Source of the DNA: Neodothiora populina | Taxonomy: Eukaryota | Assembly (NCBI RefSeq): GCF_041146345.1 | Contig: NW_027191413.1 | Span: 2,108,001 to 2,172,000, forward strand | Reading direction: 5' to 3' | DNA length: 64,000 bases | Shown here: in pieces, positions 1-12,471 of the stretch | How positions within the stretch are numbered: position 1 is the stretch's first letter | Layout of the letters: each line of letters starts with the position of its first letter | Program-made: the position numbers and the translations under genes | Notes under the pieces: generated by a model | The model's input: only the letters and a program-made list of their open reading frames with translations | Databases searched by the model: none | What the model was told of the DNA's origin: nothing

Positions 1-2162
1 GAATCGCCGAGCTGCAGCGCATTGCTCGTCAGGTCAAGTCAGAGCGTAAGCAGTCACGCGCTGTTCTCCTTTTCAGACGCATACACACATACTAACGCAT
101 CTCAAAAGCTGTCCAACCAAATCTCCAGTCCGGGTTTCCTGCCAATGTCCAAGAACAGGTCATTCTGTCCTGCTATCAGACTCTGATCTACCTTGGAGAT
201 CTGTTCAGGTATCGCGCAGCTGAGAGGCTTGACAAAGTGCCTGATTGGGGTCCGGCAATCGGCTACTACGCGCTTGCCGCTTCCTTGCGGGCCACGTCTG
301 GAGTGGCCTTCCATCAGCAGTCTGTCGTCGCTTTCGAACAAGGCGACTATCTTCGCTCTACCTATCACCTCTATCGTGCAATAGTTGTCGAGGAACCCCA
401 TCCGAACGCCGTTGCTAATCTTGAACTACAATTCAAGAAGATTATCGCAGGATGGAACAAGGGTGATCTTGTCCCGAAGAACCTCCCTCACGACAAGACA
501 GCTTCGCGCAAGGCCTTGGTGGCGTGGTTCATCCGCTTCCACAGCATGTGCTATCGCGGCAAGCAGTTTTCTCAGTACGAGGAGCTGGAGAAGGAAGTTT
601 TGAGCAGGACCGAATCAGAGCTGAAGAATGGTACTCTCGATGGGGTGTTGCCAAAGATCATGTTCATTAATTTCGCCGCCCAAGCTTGTGCTGCAACTCG
701 ACTCCAGCAGGCCCCGGATCGCGAAGAGTACATGCAAGCTTACTTTTTCTTCCTCCGCCTGAACGTTAGATTTTTCATCACTTTGCTCGACAGCTACACC
801 TCTGATCTGGACAAAGTCGGCACACGAGATCAAGGACCGAAAGGTGCAAGAGAACTTTCGCAAGCAATCACCGATCAGGCACGACACGTGTTGCCATGCC
901 TCCGCCTTTACAGTGCATGGCTCCTCGGCAATGCGCATCTGGTCGCTGCAGGTGTAGGGGACGACGATCTACTGAAAAGTGTGGACCAATTCTGGATGAA
1001 ATACGCTTCTACCCTATCAGCTGTCGCCATCGCCTTCCCGTATACACAACTTCCAGAGGCAGGCTATCAGCTCGAGGAGGATGTCGATGCGTATGGCTTC
1101 TTGCCATTAATTTCAGAGCACACTCAAAGCCTATGGCGGACCCCTGGATCCACCGAAAACAAGCCCAAATTCAACGACATGGGTCTGCCGCGGTTGGCTG
1201 TCGACATCGAAATGCTTGCCAGGCTGCGAGATCTCCAATACGATGCCATGCGCTTAGCTGTGGACGATGTAAGTTCTTTTTGGTTACTGCTACATCAGGC
1301 AAATCTAATGTTGTAGGATGTTCCTATCACGTACGACGGCACAAGGTTCGTCGTCCAGGAGAAGCCTCCGGCCGAGGTCACGCAATCACCCATCAAGATC
1401 AAACCTCAATTAGAACAGATGCGACTCACACCACCAGCACCGGAGCAACAGACATCTTCAGAGAGGGTTCCTGAGACCGTCAGAGCACCGCCCAAGACTT
1501 ACACCATGGAAGCAAATCTGAGAAACATGGTCGATGATCTCGTTGGACCTGAAGATGATGACGAGAACCTCCCGCCAACGCCTCCAATGCAACAACAATC
1601 GGCAGCGATGCCCATGCTGAATGCTGCGACGGGAACTTACTTCGAGACTGATGTCAAGTACGGATCTTACAGCAAAGGCAGCTCTCCTCGACCAATTCCG
1701 CCGATCCGAACACCAGAGATCGGGCCGAACGTTGGTGGCTGGCAAACTAGAAGCTCGCAACGCATCCATTCGGTTTCCAGTGTCTGGAACGACATTCCTC
1801 ACAACACTAGTCCACTGACTCCTAATCCTCATACCGGTTTCGCAACGCGTCGCGTGTCTTCGAACGCGTCGATGTATCCTGTGCCAAGTGGTCGCGCAGG
1901 CCACACTCGTGTCAATTCAGCAACATCACTGAAGAGCTCACTCCCGAATCCAGATGGCTGGGATTCCTTTGAACCAACGCCGCAGCCCTTGATCGGAGGA
2001 GGCAATGGACGTTACGACAACCGAGTCGGAAGTCTTCATGGCCCTGGGTCTTACAGTGGCATGCAGAGTCCATTGCTCTTTGGCGCTGGCGGCGGACCAT
2101 GGAGCACTGGACCTCGCGGAAGCTTTTCCAACACAAGTCCGTCGAATGGCCAAGGCGGCTGA
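1..2162 (+). CDS. Est1/Ebs1/SMG5-7-family protein (telomerase/NMD factor), 5'-truncated; exons <1-45, 109-1268, 1317-2162
   Basis: Spliced frame gives LIYLGDLFRYR...AIGYYALA...P/TSG.AFHQ...YHLYRA, typical of the Est1 TPR/DNA-RNA-binding region. Introns 46-108 (GTAAGC..CTAAC..AAG) and 1269-1316 (GTAAGT..CTAAT..TAG) keep frame into a low-complexity Pro/Ser C-terminus. Confidence 0.8.
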
Positions 2163-3027
2163 AGTGCGGATGCCAAAAGAGCCCTTTTCCTCACAACATA
2201 CCCGCGTATTATCAACGGTGCTCCGCGGTCCACCTGCGGTGTCAAACGCGGAAATGACCATGGAACTTCAACACGTAAGACTTGCAACTGCATCAAGTAA
2301 ACGTACGTGACAGCCTCTGTGCTGGCAATGCTCGATCAAGCATACAACAGCCATGCCCTGAGAGCACGCGCATAAGTATCGCGCGCTTTCCTCAATAGGG
2401 TATCGCATCGAGATGGGTTTTACTGAACGTAGTCCTACCTCAGAACTCCTACTGCGGAAGTGAAGAGGCCCGAGAAAGGATTGACTGATGACAATGGCAA
2501 TCAAGGCTACCACTAGGACCACATGTAAGCCACATATTGGGCTATCATCTTTCGGCTTGTCCTGATACCGCTTCTTGTTATCCGTTTCCTCTTCTCTTGG
2601 TGGGCTTGCTAGCAACCTCGTCGGAGGTGGGCGGATTGTTCTGACCAGTCTGATTGGACGTTCGTCTTGATTCTCTCCATCCTGGATCAGTAGTAGTCAT
2701 GCTAGTGGTTATTAGTCATAGTCTTTGCCAAAGAACCCCCGGAAACAGACTATGAAGCCCCTTTTCTTCTTTTGCTTCTTGATGATGTTGATGATGCATG
2801 CATGTATGTAGGTAGTGTGTGAGGAAGGAGGGTACGTTCAGGCCAATCGTCAGACTTTTCATTCGACCTGCACCGTCGTGGCTCTTCTCTGTTCCTTCCC
2901 ATGCCAATATGTATCCATTAAATGCTCTTTCATGACTCGTTATATCAGCCCGTCGCCCATCTATAATGGTTTTCCTTTTCCTTGTCGTCCATTATCCATA
3001 TATCTCACGGAATACACAGCCCCTACC

Positions 3028-3718
3028 TCATCTGACGCTCAACCCTTGAACCCGACCAACAACCTCTTTCTCACCTCCATCTCCGTCCCGCAACCTCCCC
3101 TCCTCCTCTTCCCGCTTGACCTCCCTCAACACAACATCCACCACCCGCCTAAATCCCTCCATCTCGTCCTCCAACGAGTGAAAGCCTCCTTCCTCTCCTC
3201 CACCGACCCCTCCTATCCCCTCTAGACCACCACTGTCGCCGGAAGACGCGGCGGCGAAACTCGAGCAGCTGTTGCCGACGTAGACTGCGCGGCCGGTGCG
3301 TCGAGCCAGGATCTTGGCCATGCGAGTTGCCGAGTCGGTTATGGCGCTCGAGGGAGAGGTGTAGAGGGATGTGCTCAGGGGTTGAGTGGGGTTGTATCTC
3401 TGTTGTGTCGTGTCAGTTTCCTCTCCTTTCATCGTTCATGGCTCTCTATTCGTGTAGTTGGGGGAACGGTGTAGGTAATTAAAACGGAGCGAGGGCAAGG
3501 AAGAAACTGCTTACGTCAGGCATGGCGTAGACGAAAGTGCCCAGACTCGCTTGTTGCGTGCCTTCGCCTGAAGAAGACGACAGGAAGAGCAGCAGGGTCT
3601 TGGGCTGGAGTGTCAGGCGCAGGTGAATGCGACTTCCTGGTAAGGCGCGGGGTAGAGCGAGGGAGAGTTCGAGGGTTGAGGCTAGGTTTGTTGGCGTTGA
3701 GCCGCTTTGTAGTGACAT
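3028..3718 (-). CDS. Proteasome assembly chaperone 4 (PAC4/Poc4)-like protein; exons 3718-3515, 3399-3028
   Basis: LG.FVYAMPD|RYNP..PLSTSLY...ATRMAKILARRTGRAVYVG resembles fungal PAC4. GTAAGC..CTGAC..CAG intron 3514-3400 joins ORFs 3479..3772 and 3028..3432 in frame. Confidence 0.75.
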
Positions 3719-4036
3719 TGTGGGTTTTTCTTCGGGAGAGAAAAGAGTTGGATAGGCTGGATTGGAGTGCACTCGGAGAGTGGGCGCGATGAATGCGATG
3801 GTGTTGAGGAAAAGTACCTTGGTGTCCTGTAAATCGCTGGAGGTGTGCCATCTGAAAGCGGTATAGGCTTTATTTGGTGGGGTTGTTTGTTTGATTTTGT
3901 ATGCGCATCATGGCTTAACTCCGCCTATGCCCGATGACTATAAATCGCTTCGCCTGACTGATTGTTTTGACATTTCGCATGTATCTTGACAGTTCGAGCT
4001 GATATACTGCATGTCTAGCAGTGTTGATCCGCTACA

Positions 4037-5519
4037 ATGGCAGAGGAGTCGAACGCGCAGCAGGTACATGTCACTGCTCCTGCGATTGATAGTGCAGCGG
4101 AAGAAAGGGCAGGGGAGGAGTGTCAGGAAATAGATCCTCTATCTGATCCCGAGGAGAGGAGGGTTCTTTATGCTGCCCTGGACTCTTTCAGGTGAGGCGC
4201 TTTTCGCAATTGAACGTACTCTTTTCCGCCTTCGTGATATCAAGAAGAAGACAAGATGAACCAGAATCAAATCGTCCTGTTCGTCATACGTAGTTGGCAA
4301 AGTACATAATCATCCTGACATGTCAAGGTGAATCCACAGACAATACCGTCATGCAGCACACTACAACATCACTCATTTGCGCCGACAATCCTTCTACTCT
4401 CTGCCCTCGTCCCACATGGCTCTGCTTTCCTCTCCCCCCTTCTCTCTCCCCAAGACCTTCGACGCAGTAGACGACGCAATCGACGCAAACGCCGACCTCG
4501 CCGACCAAATCCTCGAGGTCGCCCTGTCCACCTACGGCATCGCGGAAACCGACACCTCATGGCACGGCACCGCGACTCCCTCCGACATGGACAAAGTGCG
4601 CTCTACAATCCGACAAATCTACCGCGACTGGTCCGTCGAAGCCTCGGACGAACGATCCGCATGCTTCGACCCCATCATCAACGCCCTGAACAAACTCACC
4701 GCCCCAGTCCTGTCCCCCTCTCAGCGCGGCCGCGTGAACGTCCTGGTGCCAGGCGCAGGTCTAGGCCGGCTCGTCTTCGAGCTGAACCGCGCCGGCTACG
4801 CGGTCGAAGGCAACGAGATATCGTATCACCAACTCTTCGTGTCCAACTGGATCCTGAACCACCAAACCGCCTCCTCCCCGAAACACTCTCTGTTCCCCTG
4901 GGCGCTGAGTTTCTCAAACCACACCTCTCGCGCACACCAGTTACGGCGCGTCCAGATCCCCGACCTCGCGCCTGGCCCCGCTCTGGCGCGAGCTAGTGAT
5001 GCTCTGCACTGCGAGACTCATGCCTTTGAGCGCATGAGTATGTCCTCGGGCGACTTTTGCGTCTTGTACAAGCAGCCAGAGAACAGGGCGACGTTCGACG
5101 CCGTCGCGACTTGTTTCTTCATCGATACCGCGCCGAACCTCATTGCGTATATCGAGACGGTGCTGCATGCTCTGAGGGCCGGTGGCGTGTGGATCAATCT
5201 CGGTCCGTTGCTTTGGCATTTTGACGGTGGTGGGAACAATAAGTCGCAGCAGCAGCAGAGCCAAGGTTCATCGTCGTCGTCATCTGGGAGGGAAATGAAG
5301 AACAGGCAAAGAGCGGCAGAGGTGTCGAACCAGGGCATCGGGGAGGCGGGGTCTTTTGAATTGGCGGATGATGAAGTGTTGCCCTTGTTGGAGCACTTTG
5401 GCTTTGAGATCCTAGAACATGATGCCAGTGGCGCCATCGAGTCTGGGTATATCCAGGATCCTACGAGCATGTTGCAGAATATCTATAGACCTAGCTTTTG
5501 GGTGGCGAGGAAGAAGTGA
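4037..5519 (+). CDS. N2227-like SAM-dependent histidine N-methyltransferase (CARNMT1/YNL092W family); intron ~4192-4349
   Basis: Motifs DKVRSTIRQIYRDWS, VLVPGAGLGRL, GNEISYHQ, CFFIDTAPN and WINLGPLLWH. Upstream exon from ATG 4037 (DPEERRVLYAALDSF) splices to RQYRHAAHYNITHLRRQSF. Confidence 0.9.
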
Positions 5520-5916
5520 GCTAGCGAGGGACTCGTCGTCGTCTCTCCACTAGATTAAAGGACCAGCGCAGAGGATAGGTATACAGAAGCCATATTAAAG
5601 TAGGTCATGGTCTTCGTTTCTGTGGAATTAATATCACTCGCCACGGTCAGACTTCCTCCACGGATTGTACTTCACGTTGGCAAAATCGGCACTTTTTGTA
5701 CTGCATCAAGCGTATCATTTCACGAATTGGTAGCTGTCATTAATATATCAAGTCAACATCGACTATAGTGAAGCGCATTCGAGGAATCTTCGTCATTTGA
5801 ACTCATTCCGTCGTTAATTCCCCCGGAACTCATGGTTCCCACAGTCATGAAACGAAGCTATCTTGTGGACAGGACAGCTCCTCCTTCCGAGCTTTGGAAG
5901 GACTCAGGCACTACCC

Positions 5917-6360
5917 TCACTTCAACTCTTCCAGACGCTCCTGAGCATGCTCCTTGGCCTCTTCCCTGACGTTTGGGTTATGGGTGGCTGCTTTGAGACC
6001 ACCGACACTGTATGTCACCAAGTAGTCAGTATCATTCGACACAGCTTTGAGTATAAGAGAAGAAGACAGAACATGAACCAAGGGTTTCAACGTACACGTG
6101 AGAATAGTCTTTTCCGTCTCCGGTGGTGTGGAACTGCGCTTCCAGGACTTGCTCAGAGTGTTCCTTGGACTCTTTGGATGTGTCTATTTTCCATGCATTT
6201 GTCAGTTTCGTTGCAATGGGCTTTCGAGGTGACAAGACTGCGCCCAATAGGGGTACGATGAAAAGAAGAAGAGTCAATGAGAAGAATATGGACACGGACT
6301 TGGGTTGTGAATGTTGGCCTTGTGGCCTGCGGCGACGTTGTCTGGGTTTGGGGCGGACAT
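5917..6360 (-). CDS. con-6: Conidiation-specific protein 6 (Con-6) family, two repeats; exons 6360-6300, 6183-6096, 6007-5917
   Basis: Manual splicing gives MSAPNPDNVAAGHKANIHNPNTSKESKEHSEQVLE...VVGGLKAATHNPNVREEAKEHAQERLEELK*, i.e. two Con-6 repeats. TATA-like TATATAA/ATATAA lies ~130-145 nt upstream on the minus strand. Confidence 0.85.
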
Positions 6361-7751
6361 TGTGGATTAGTTGTTGACTTGCTTGCTTGCGTAGAATGTG
6401 TATTGGAGAGCTTTGGGATATGTTCAACTGAGAAGATTGCAGGTGTGAGTGTAATAAAGAAGTGACGGGACGAGACAGAGTGAGATGGTCTTATATACCT
6501 TATATGTGCACAACATCTTTCACCTGCTCATCAGAAGTGGAAACTACCCTGGGTACAAACAAGGCATCAGAGCGATGAAGCAAGTATAGCAGCAGATCAG
6601 TTCGAGACATAGGCAGACGCGCCTGGAGAAACCCACGCGTTCCTTCCAATCATCACCTCATGCCTTCTCAATGGGGACCATGTAATAGCTCAATGTGATG
6701 ATGATGTACATGCACGCAGCACAGCAGGATCGTGTTACACACTACCTACCTGGTGTACCTTACGCCCACGCCCACATGAGTCTGTGGACCTTAGACTGCA
6801 GCTACATGACTCCAGTAAGCACGACTGGGCTAGACCAAGGCTGAAGCTGATCTTTCTTCATGAGGCTCAGAGCTCAAGCATTCAAGAGGGGCAAGCTTCC
6901 TTCATATAGATTAGGGTCTGATGTCAACTCCCTAAATGACATTTGACGTCGATGTATTATCATTCAACACGAAGGGGAGTCGGTGTTGCCTTGATTCTGG
7001 CTTAGTTACCTTATCTACATTATTGTGTTGTGCACGCGTACGTGCGGGCAGACGCATCTGTATGCCGAAAGCTTTGCGAATGTGTTGTGTTTAGTGGAAG
7101 GAAGAACTGTTGCAGCCTACCGCATCAGGAAGTGTGATTACGCGTTGACGCGTCTGACCGTGTACTATAAGAGGTAAGGTAGGTAGACAGCGAAGTTGCA
7201 GAGTCAGTTTGGCACAGGTGCTGATTCTAGTACTGTACAAAGGCAAGACATCCACATAGGTTCCAGTCCTTGTAGAACCATTGTAGGTTGTGTAATTGCA
7301 ATATCTTACTCTAAGCTTTGCACCACTTAAGGCAATTTGAACAATGGGCGACCTTGTCCGTATTTGCTGTGATTGTGACAATCGTTTTGACTGGCAGATA
7401 TCGACTTTCCACATCGAGAAGACATGCGCTGGACGTCACCGACCTTTAAGGAAAGCGAATCATTGCAAATATCCCTGTTGTTGTGCAATTGGTATTGGTA
7501 TAGGTACCTGAAGAAGGGAAGAAGGTGAATACCATTATGGATGATGCTTGCACCACTGACCCCACGATGCTCGGAATTTGTAGCCGCTGTCGGCCCACCG
7601 TGGCCGAGCCGAGGCACACTATTGTCACACGCCAATCTGGCGCAAGTCCATGTGTATACTCACAAAAAGGCAGAACCGAGGGGTAAATCACATCAAGCAT
7701 AGATAGCTCTTCTGTTTTCCTTCTTTCGTTACACAGCGAGTAACGCACACC

Positions 7752-8988
7752 ATGGCGACCTTGATTAGACCACCACCTCCGGATCCAAGCCAAAGTATAA
7801 TCGAAAGCGTACTAGAGCTCACACATCTCAATGACATCGATCCGAATCTATTCACAAACACTCGCCCATTATGGCACCCACCTGGAGCCCGAGGTATCTA
7901 TGGTGGCTGCGTGATTGCTCAGACACTTGCGGCCGCACAGAGGACCGTGCCGGACAACTTCACCATCCATAGCATGCACTGCTACTTCGTGCTCGCCGGC
8001 AACGCCGAGATACCGATCATCTATCATGTCGAGCGAGTCAGAGATGGAAAGAGCTTCATCACACGAACGGTACAGGCTCGTCAGAAAGGCAAGCCGATAT
8101 TCACCACCACCATGTCGTTCGTCAGGGAGAAGAGCGGTGGACAGCAAGTAGTCGAGCACGCGATGGACATGCCCGCCGTACCGGGTCCGATGCAGCAGGC
8201 AGATGTCGATGATATTCCTCACGGTGATGACAGCCCGTTCGTGAGCCAGCGGGTCGATATGTTGAATCACGATTCGCATCGACCGCAAGACAAGAAGACC
8301 AGACAGTGGAGCAGGGCTAGAGACACGATCAGTGAGGCCGGCGGACATCAGGCGCACCTTTCGGCGTTGGCATATATGAGCGACAGCTGGTTCATCGGCA
8401 CTGTGTCGAGGGTTCATCGGTTGAAGCGGTATCAGATGAGCGGGAGTGCGAGGCCCGACGAAGAGGTGGTCAGGCGGCTGCGGGCGATGGACGACGAAAC
8501 ACTGAGGCGGGTGCCGGGAATGGACGAGGATGTCATTGAGTTGATTCGTACCATGAGCGACGATGAGGTGCACAACGTGCATAACAGAAGGCCTGAGATC
8601 GGAATGATGGTCTCTCTGGTGAGTCGACACGATTCGCGCTCAGTTGAAGCCTCGCTGATGTAGCTGGGTAGGACCACACGATATACTTTCACAACCCCCG
8701 AGACTTCCGAGCTGATGATTGGATGTTGAGCGAGATGGAGAGTCCATGGGCAGGAGATGGAAGAGGCCTGGTAACACAGAGGTATGCATGACACGAAGTC
8801 CAAAGTAGATAAGAAAGGGTTCATTGACGTGACGTGATGCATTATAGGATATTCACCAAGGATGGCACACTAATAGCTACATGCGTCCAAGAGGTAAATT
8901 AAATTAGATGCGAAGTGTGGAGCATTATATTGGTGCTAACCGAGTAAAGGGAGTGGTTCGCTTGAAGCAAATCCCAAGCAAGCTATAA
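7752..8988 (+). CDS. TES1: Peroxisomal acyl-CoA thioesterase II (TesB/ACOT8 family), 4 exons, C-terminal SKL (PTS1)
   Basis: RGIYGG..IAQ, HSMHCYF, VERVRDGKSF, LAYMSD, SL|DHTIYFH and CVQE|GVVR motifs. Last exon 8950-8988 ends ...IPSKL*. Confidence 0.92.
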
Positions 8989-9468
8989 AGCACGTATAGC
9001 ACTCGTCTTTCGACATGTGTTGTGCTCTGGTGTTTTGTCTATGGGATCGAGAGCGCAGCACACAGACAGACGTACCGACAGACTCACAGTAGAAGGTTGT
9101 CTATCAAGGGTCTGATGTAATTGTAACCCTCTATTCTGGTCTATATAGTAAAGGCAATATGGATTCTTTTTCCACATGCACCAACACTGAGGTCTTATGA
9201 AGCAAGAAAACATATACCTCGCAATGTGACAGCAGCAAAGAAGAAAAACATCGTACAGTAAGGGTATCCTGACAAAATGGTGTCTGTGTGTATCGGTTGG
9301 TAAAGCACCAGCCAAGGTGGAGTACCTTATACCGACTGTATGCGCAGAGGTAAACCCCCCGCTCTACGCCCTATCTCTTGTAATGCGGGCGGCAAAGGGC
9401 GCGCCTTCTCCGCAAAATTTTGAAATTTTGCTGCGTCACAGTCATAGCGACCCCTCCACCAAGAAGTG

Positions 9469-9474
9469 TGACTC
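9469..9474 (+). promoter_or_regulatory. Possible Gcn4/CpcA response element (TGACTC) upstream of LEU4
   Basis: TGACTC ~180 nt upstream of the ATG of an amino-acid biosynthesis gene. The motif is short and could occur by chance. Confidence 0.35.
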
Positions 9475-9650
9475 TTTCCTAGTGAAAGACATAGTGTGCC
9501 GGATCTATCTTATTTTACTACTTAAGCCATTATTGTGGTAACTTGTTTATGAACCACTTGAAAGCCTTTGATTTGCAAATCCTCCTCAGTTCATAGTACT
9601 GATTAAATTGTGTATCTTGAATTTACTGCGGCCAATCGTCATCCCACAAG

Positions 9651-11750
9651 ATGCCTATGTAAGCAGCCTTTATTCTCGCATGTGTAATAATCGAATATCA
9701 TGAAGCTTATGACGATTCGACTACAGGCTCAAAGATCCCTCAAAGAAATACCAAAAGTTCAAGCCTCTTGATCTGCCCAATCGTCAATGGCCGAACAAGA
9801 CCCTCGATGCCCCTCCGAGATGGTTGTCAACGGACTTGAGAGACGGCAACCAGAGTCTGGTTGATCCAATGGTGCGTACAGGGACCCACCAGCGCCTTCC
9901 TCGGGACTCGCGGACTGACATGTAACAGGACGGAGAGCAAAAATGGCGTTACTTCAAGATGTTGGTAGAGCTTGGCTACAAGGAAATCGAGGTGTCCTTC
10001 CCTTCCGCATCCGACACCGACTTTGCATTCACTCGTCGCTTGGTCGAGACGCCCGGCGTGATCCCCGACGATGTCGCCATCCAGGTTCTCTCACCGTGCC
10101 GCAAGGAGCTCATCAAAAGGACGGTCGATTCCCTCAAGGGCGTCAAGAAGGCCATTCTCCATCTTTACCTTGCCACGAGTCCGTGTTTCCAGCAGATTGT
10201 CTTTGGCATGAACAACGAGCAGAGCCTCGCCTTGGCCGTCGAGTGCACAAAGTACGCACGAAGCATCACAAAAGACGACCCCAGCCACGCCGGTACACAG
10301 TGGTCATATGAGTTCTCCCCCGAGACCTTCTCCGACTCCAGCCCAGAGTTCGTGATTGAGGTCTGTGAGGCTGTCAAAGCTGCATGGGGACCCTCGGTCG
10401 AGAACCCCATCATCTTCAACCTCCCTGCCACGGTCGAGATGTCAACCCCCAACGTGTACGCCGATCAGATCGAGTACTTCTGCACCCACATCTCCGAGCG
10501 CGAGAAGATCTGCGTTTCCCTCCACCCGCACAATGACAGAGGCTGCGCTGTTGCCGCCGCAGAACTTGCACAGATGGCTGGTGCCGACAGAGTTGAGGGC
10601 ACCTTGTTCGGAAACGGAGAGAGAACAGGAAATGTCGACCTTGTCACCCTTGCTTTGAATCTATATACCCAGGGTATCAACCCGCAAATCGACTTTAGCG
10701 ACATCAACAGTGTTATCGACATTGTCGAGAAGAGCAACAAGATTCCTGTGCATCCCAGAGCCCCGTATGGCGGACAGCTCGTCGTGTGCGCATTCTCGGG
10801 TTCACATCAAGACGCCATCAAAAAGGGCTTCAACCAACGGAGAGGCAAAGACAACGACACCGAGAGATGGCAGATTCCTTACCTTCCATTGGACCCCCAG
10901 GATATTGGCCGAACATACGAGGCCATCATCCGTGTCAACTCCCAATCAGGCAAGGGCGGTGTTGCTTGGATCATTCAACGCACCCTCGAACTCGACCTTC
11001 CTAGAGGACTACAGATCGCTTTCAGCAAGGTCGTCCAAAAGGAAACCGATAAGCTCGGCCGCGAACTCCAAGCCAACGAGATCAAGGAGCTTTTTGTTGA
11101 TGCCTACCACTTGGAGAAGAACCCTCGTTTCAGCTTGATCGACTACGACATCACCACCGACCGTTCCGTTTCCCCTGCACCCCCAAGCGAAGGAAAGACG
11201 CAATCGAACAAGAACCTCCGCAGAAGGTTCAGCGGCATCATCGACATTGACGGTGAGGAACATCACATCAAGGGTGTGGGTAACGGTGCTCTCTCCTCTC
11301 TCGCCGACGCTCTCAAGCCCCTCGGCATCACCCTTGACGTTGCGGACTACAAGGAGCACGCCATCGGTCGCGGCAAGGACGTCAAGGCAGCCACTTTCAT
11401 CGAGTGTCTCGAGACCAGCACCAACCAGCGCGTGTGGGGCGTCGGCATCCACCAGGACGTCGTCCAGGCTTCCCTGATTGCTTTGTTATCTGCCGCATCA
11501 TCCGTGAGTGCTTATTTTCGTATTCCGCTCACCCAAGCGTTGTTTCACTAACCATTGCCGAAAACAGTTCCTCTCAAGCAGACCGAGCACCCCAATCCCC
11601 TTCCGCCCCAAGAAGTCGGACGACCAACACCTCAACGGCACAACGGACTTGTCGCCATTGAGGCCGGATGACTCGCCCGCCAGCGGGCACGATGCACAGA
11701 GCCATGTCGTCGCGAATCTGGAAGCCAAGGCCGCGAATGGCTCTGCGTAA
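9651..11750 (+). CDS. LEU4: 2-isopropylmalate synthase; 8-nt first coding exon (ATGCCTAT), 3 introns
   Basis: [11 protein letters not shown]...[11 protein letters not shown]..., [30 protein letters not shown] and [11 protein letters not shown] motifs. Confidence 0.96.
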
Positions 11751-12471
11751 ATGGGAAATCATGTAAATCGTGTAGTATCTTGAAAGATGCTCAAAAAGTA
11801 ATGACGTGGGAAAAAAGGAGAGCAGGATATAAGTACATGTGAGCTGTTATTGTTGTTGTTGCTATCGTCTCAGCGGATTTTGTAGTCAGTCACGTATGGG
11901 CAAATTATCATTCTACGTTCGATGTGAATCTGCTCTATTGGCGTGACGGAGCTTGTCCTCTGCATGTTCAGCTACGCACAAACACAGGAATAAGAAGTAA
12001 TGTCCGTCCTTTCCACCAACATTATGAAGAACGGAAAAAGTGCGTGTTGCGAAAGGCTCTCAGTCCCAACTTATACTTCTCGTAGAGAGAAAAAAAACAT
12101 GAATATGATTTCCATGTGTCTGATTTGAATTGTGATTTGAAAGGTGGTAATAATAAACATTATTCAAGAAAGAAAAAGGGCTTGTCGAAGAAGAGTGAAA
12201 AAGAAGAGAAGAAAGGCCCCTATGCCGCCAATAAAACAAGATAGAAGTAAAAGAAGAAGCAGAAAGAAAAAGAGGCGACTTGATCCAGTGTTCCCCCGTT
12301 TCCCTTTTACGCCTTGATAATAGAAACCGCCGAGTTCTCTGTTGTTACAGAGAACAGACGAGATGAGAAAGACCGGAACCCTCGAGTCTGTCGAGAACAA
12401 GAAGTGAAGAGAAAAGTGTGCAAGTGTCATGAGCTTCGCAGCGTGCGCCGAGTTCCACCTCAAAAAGCAAT

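Noticed and set aside
2268..2700. Minus-strand 115-aa ORF with a hydrophobic stretch
   Set aside because: Starts at TTG; the nearby ATGs (2700, 2680) are in other frames and stop early; no recognisable motif. Probably 3'-UTR sequence between convergent genes.
4328..4996. Arg/Pro-rich 222-aa overlapping ORF (similarly 12164..12946, 7869..8630, 56520..57425)
   Set aside because: Alternative-frame or antisense shadows of GC3-rich real genes.
9618..9651. Possible N-terminally extended (mitochondrial) LEU4 isoform from a non-AUG start
   Set aside because: An in-frame TGA at 9618-9620 leaves only 10 upstream codons.
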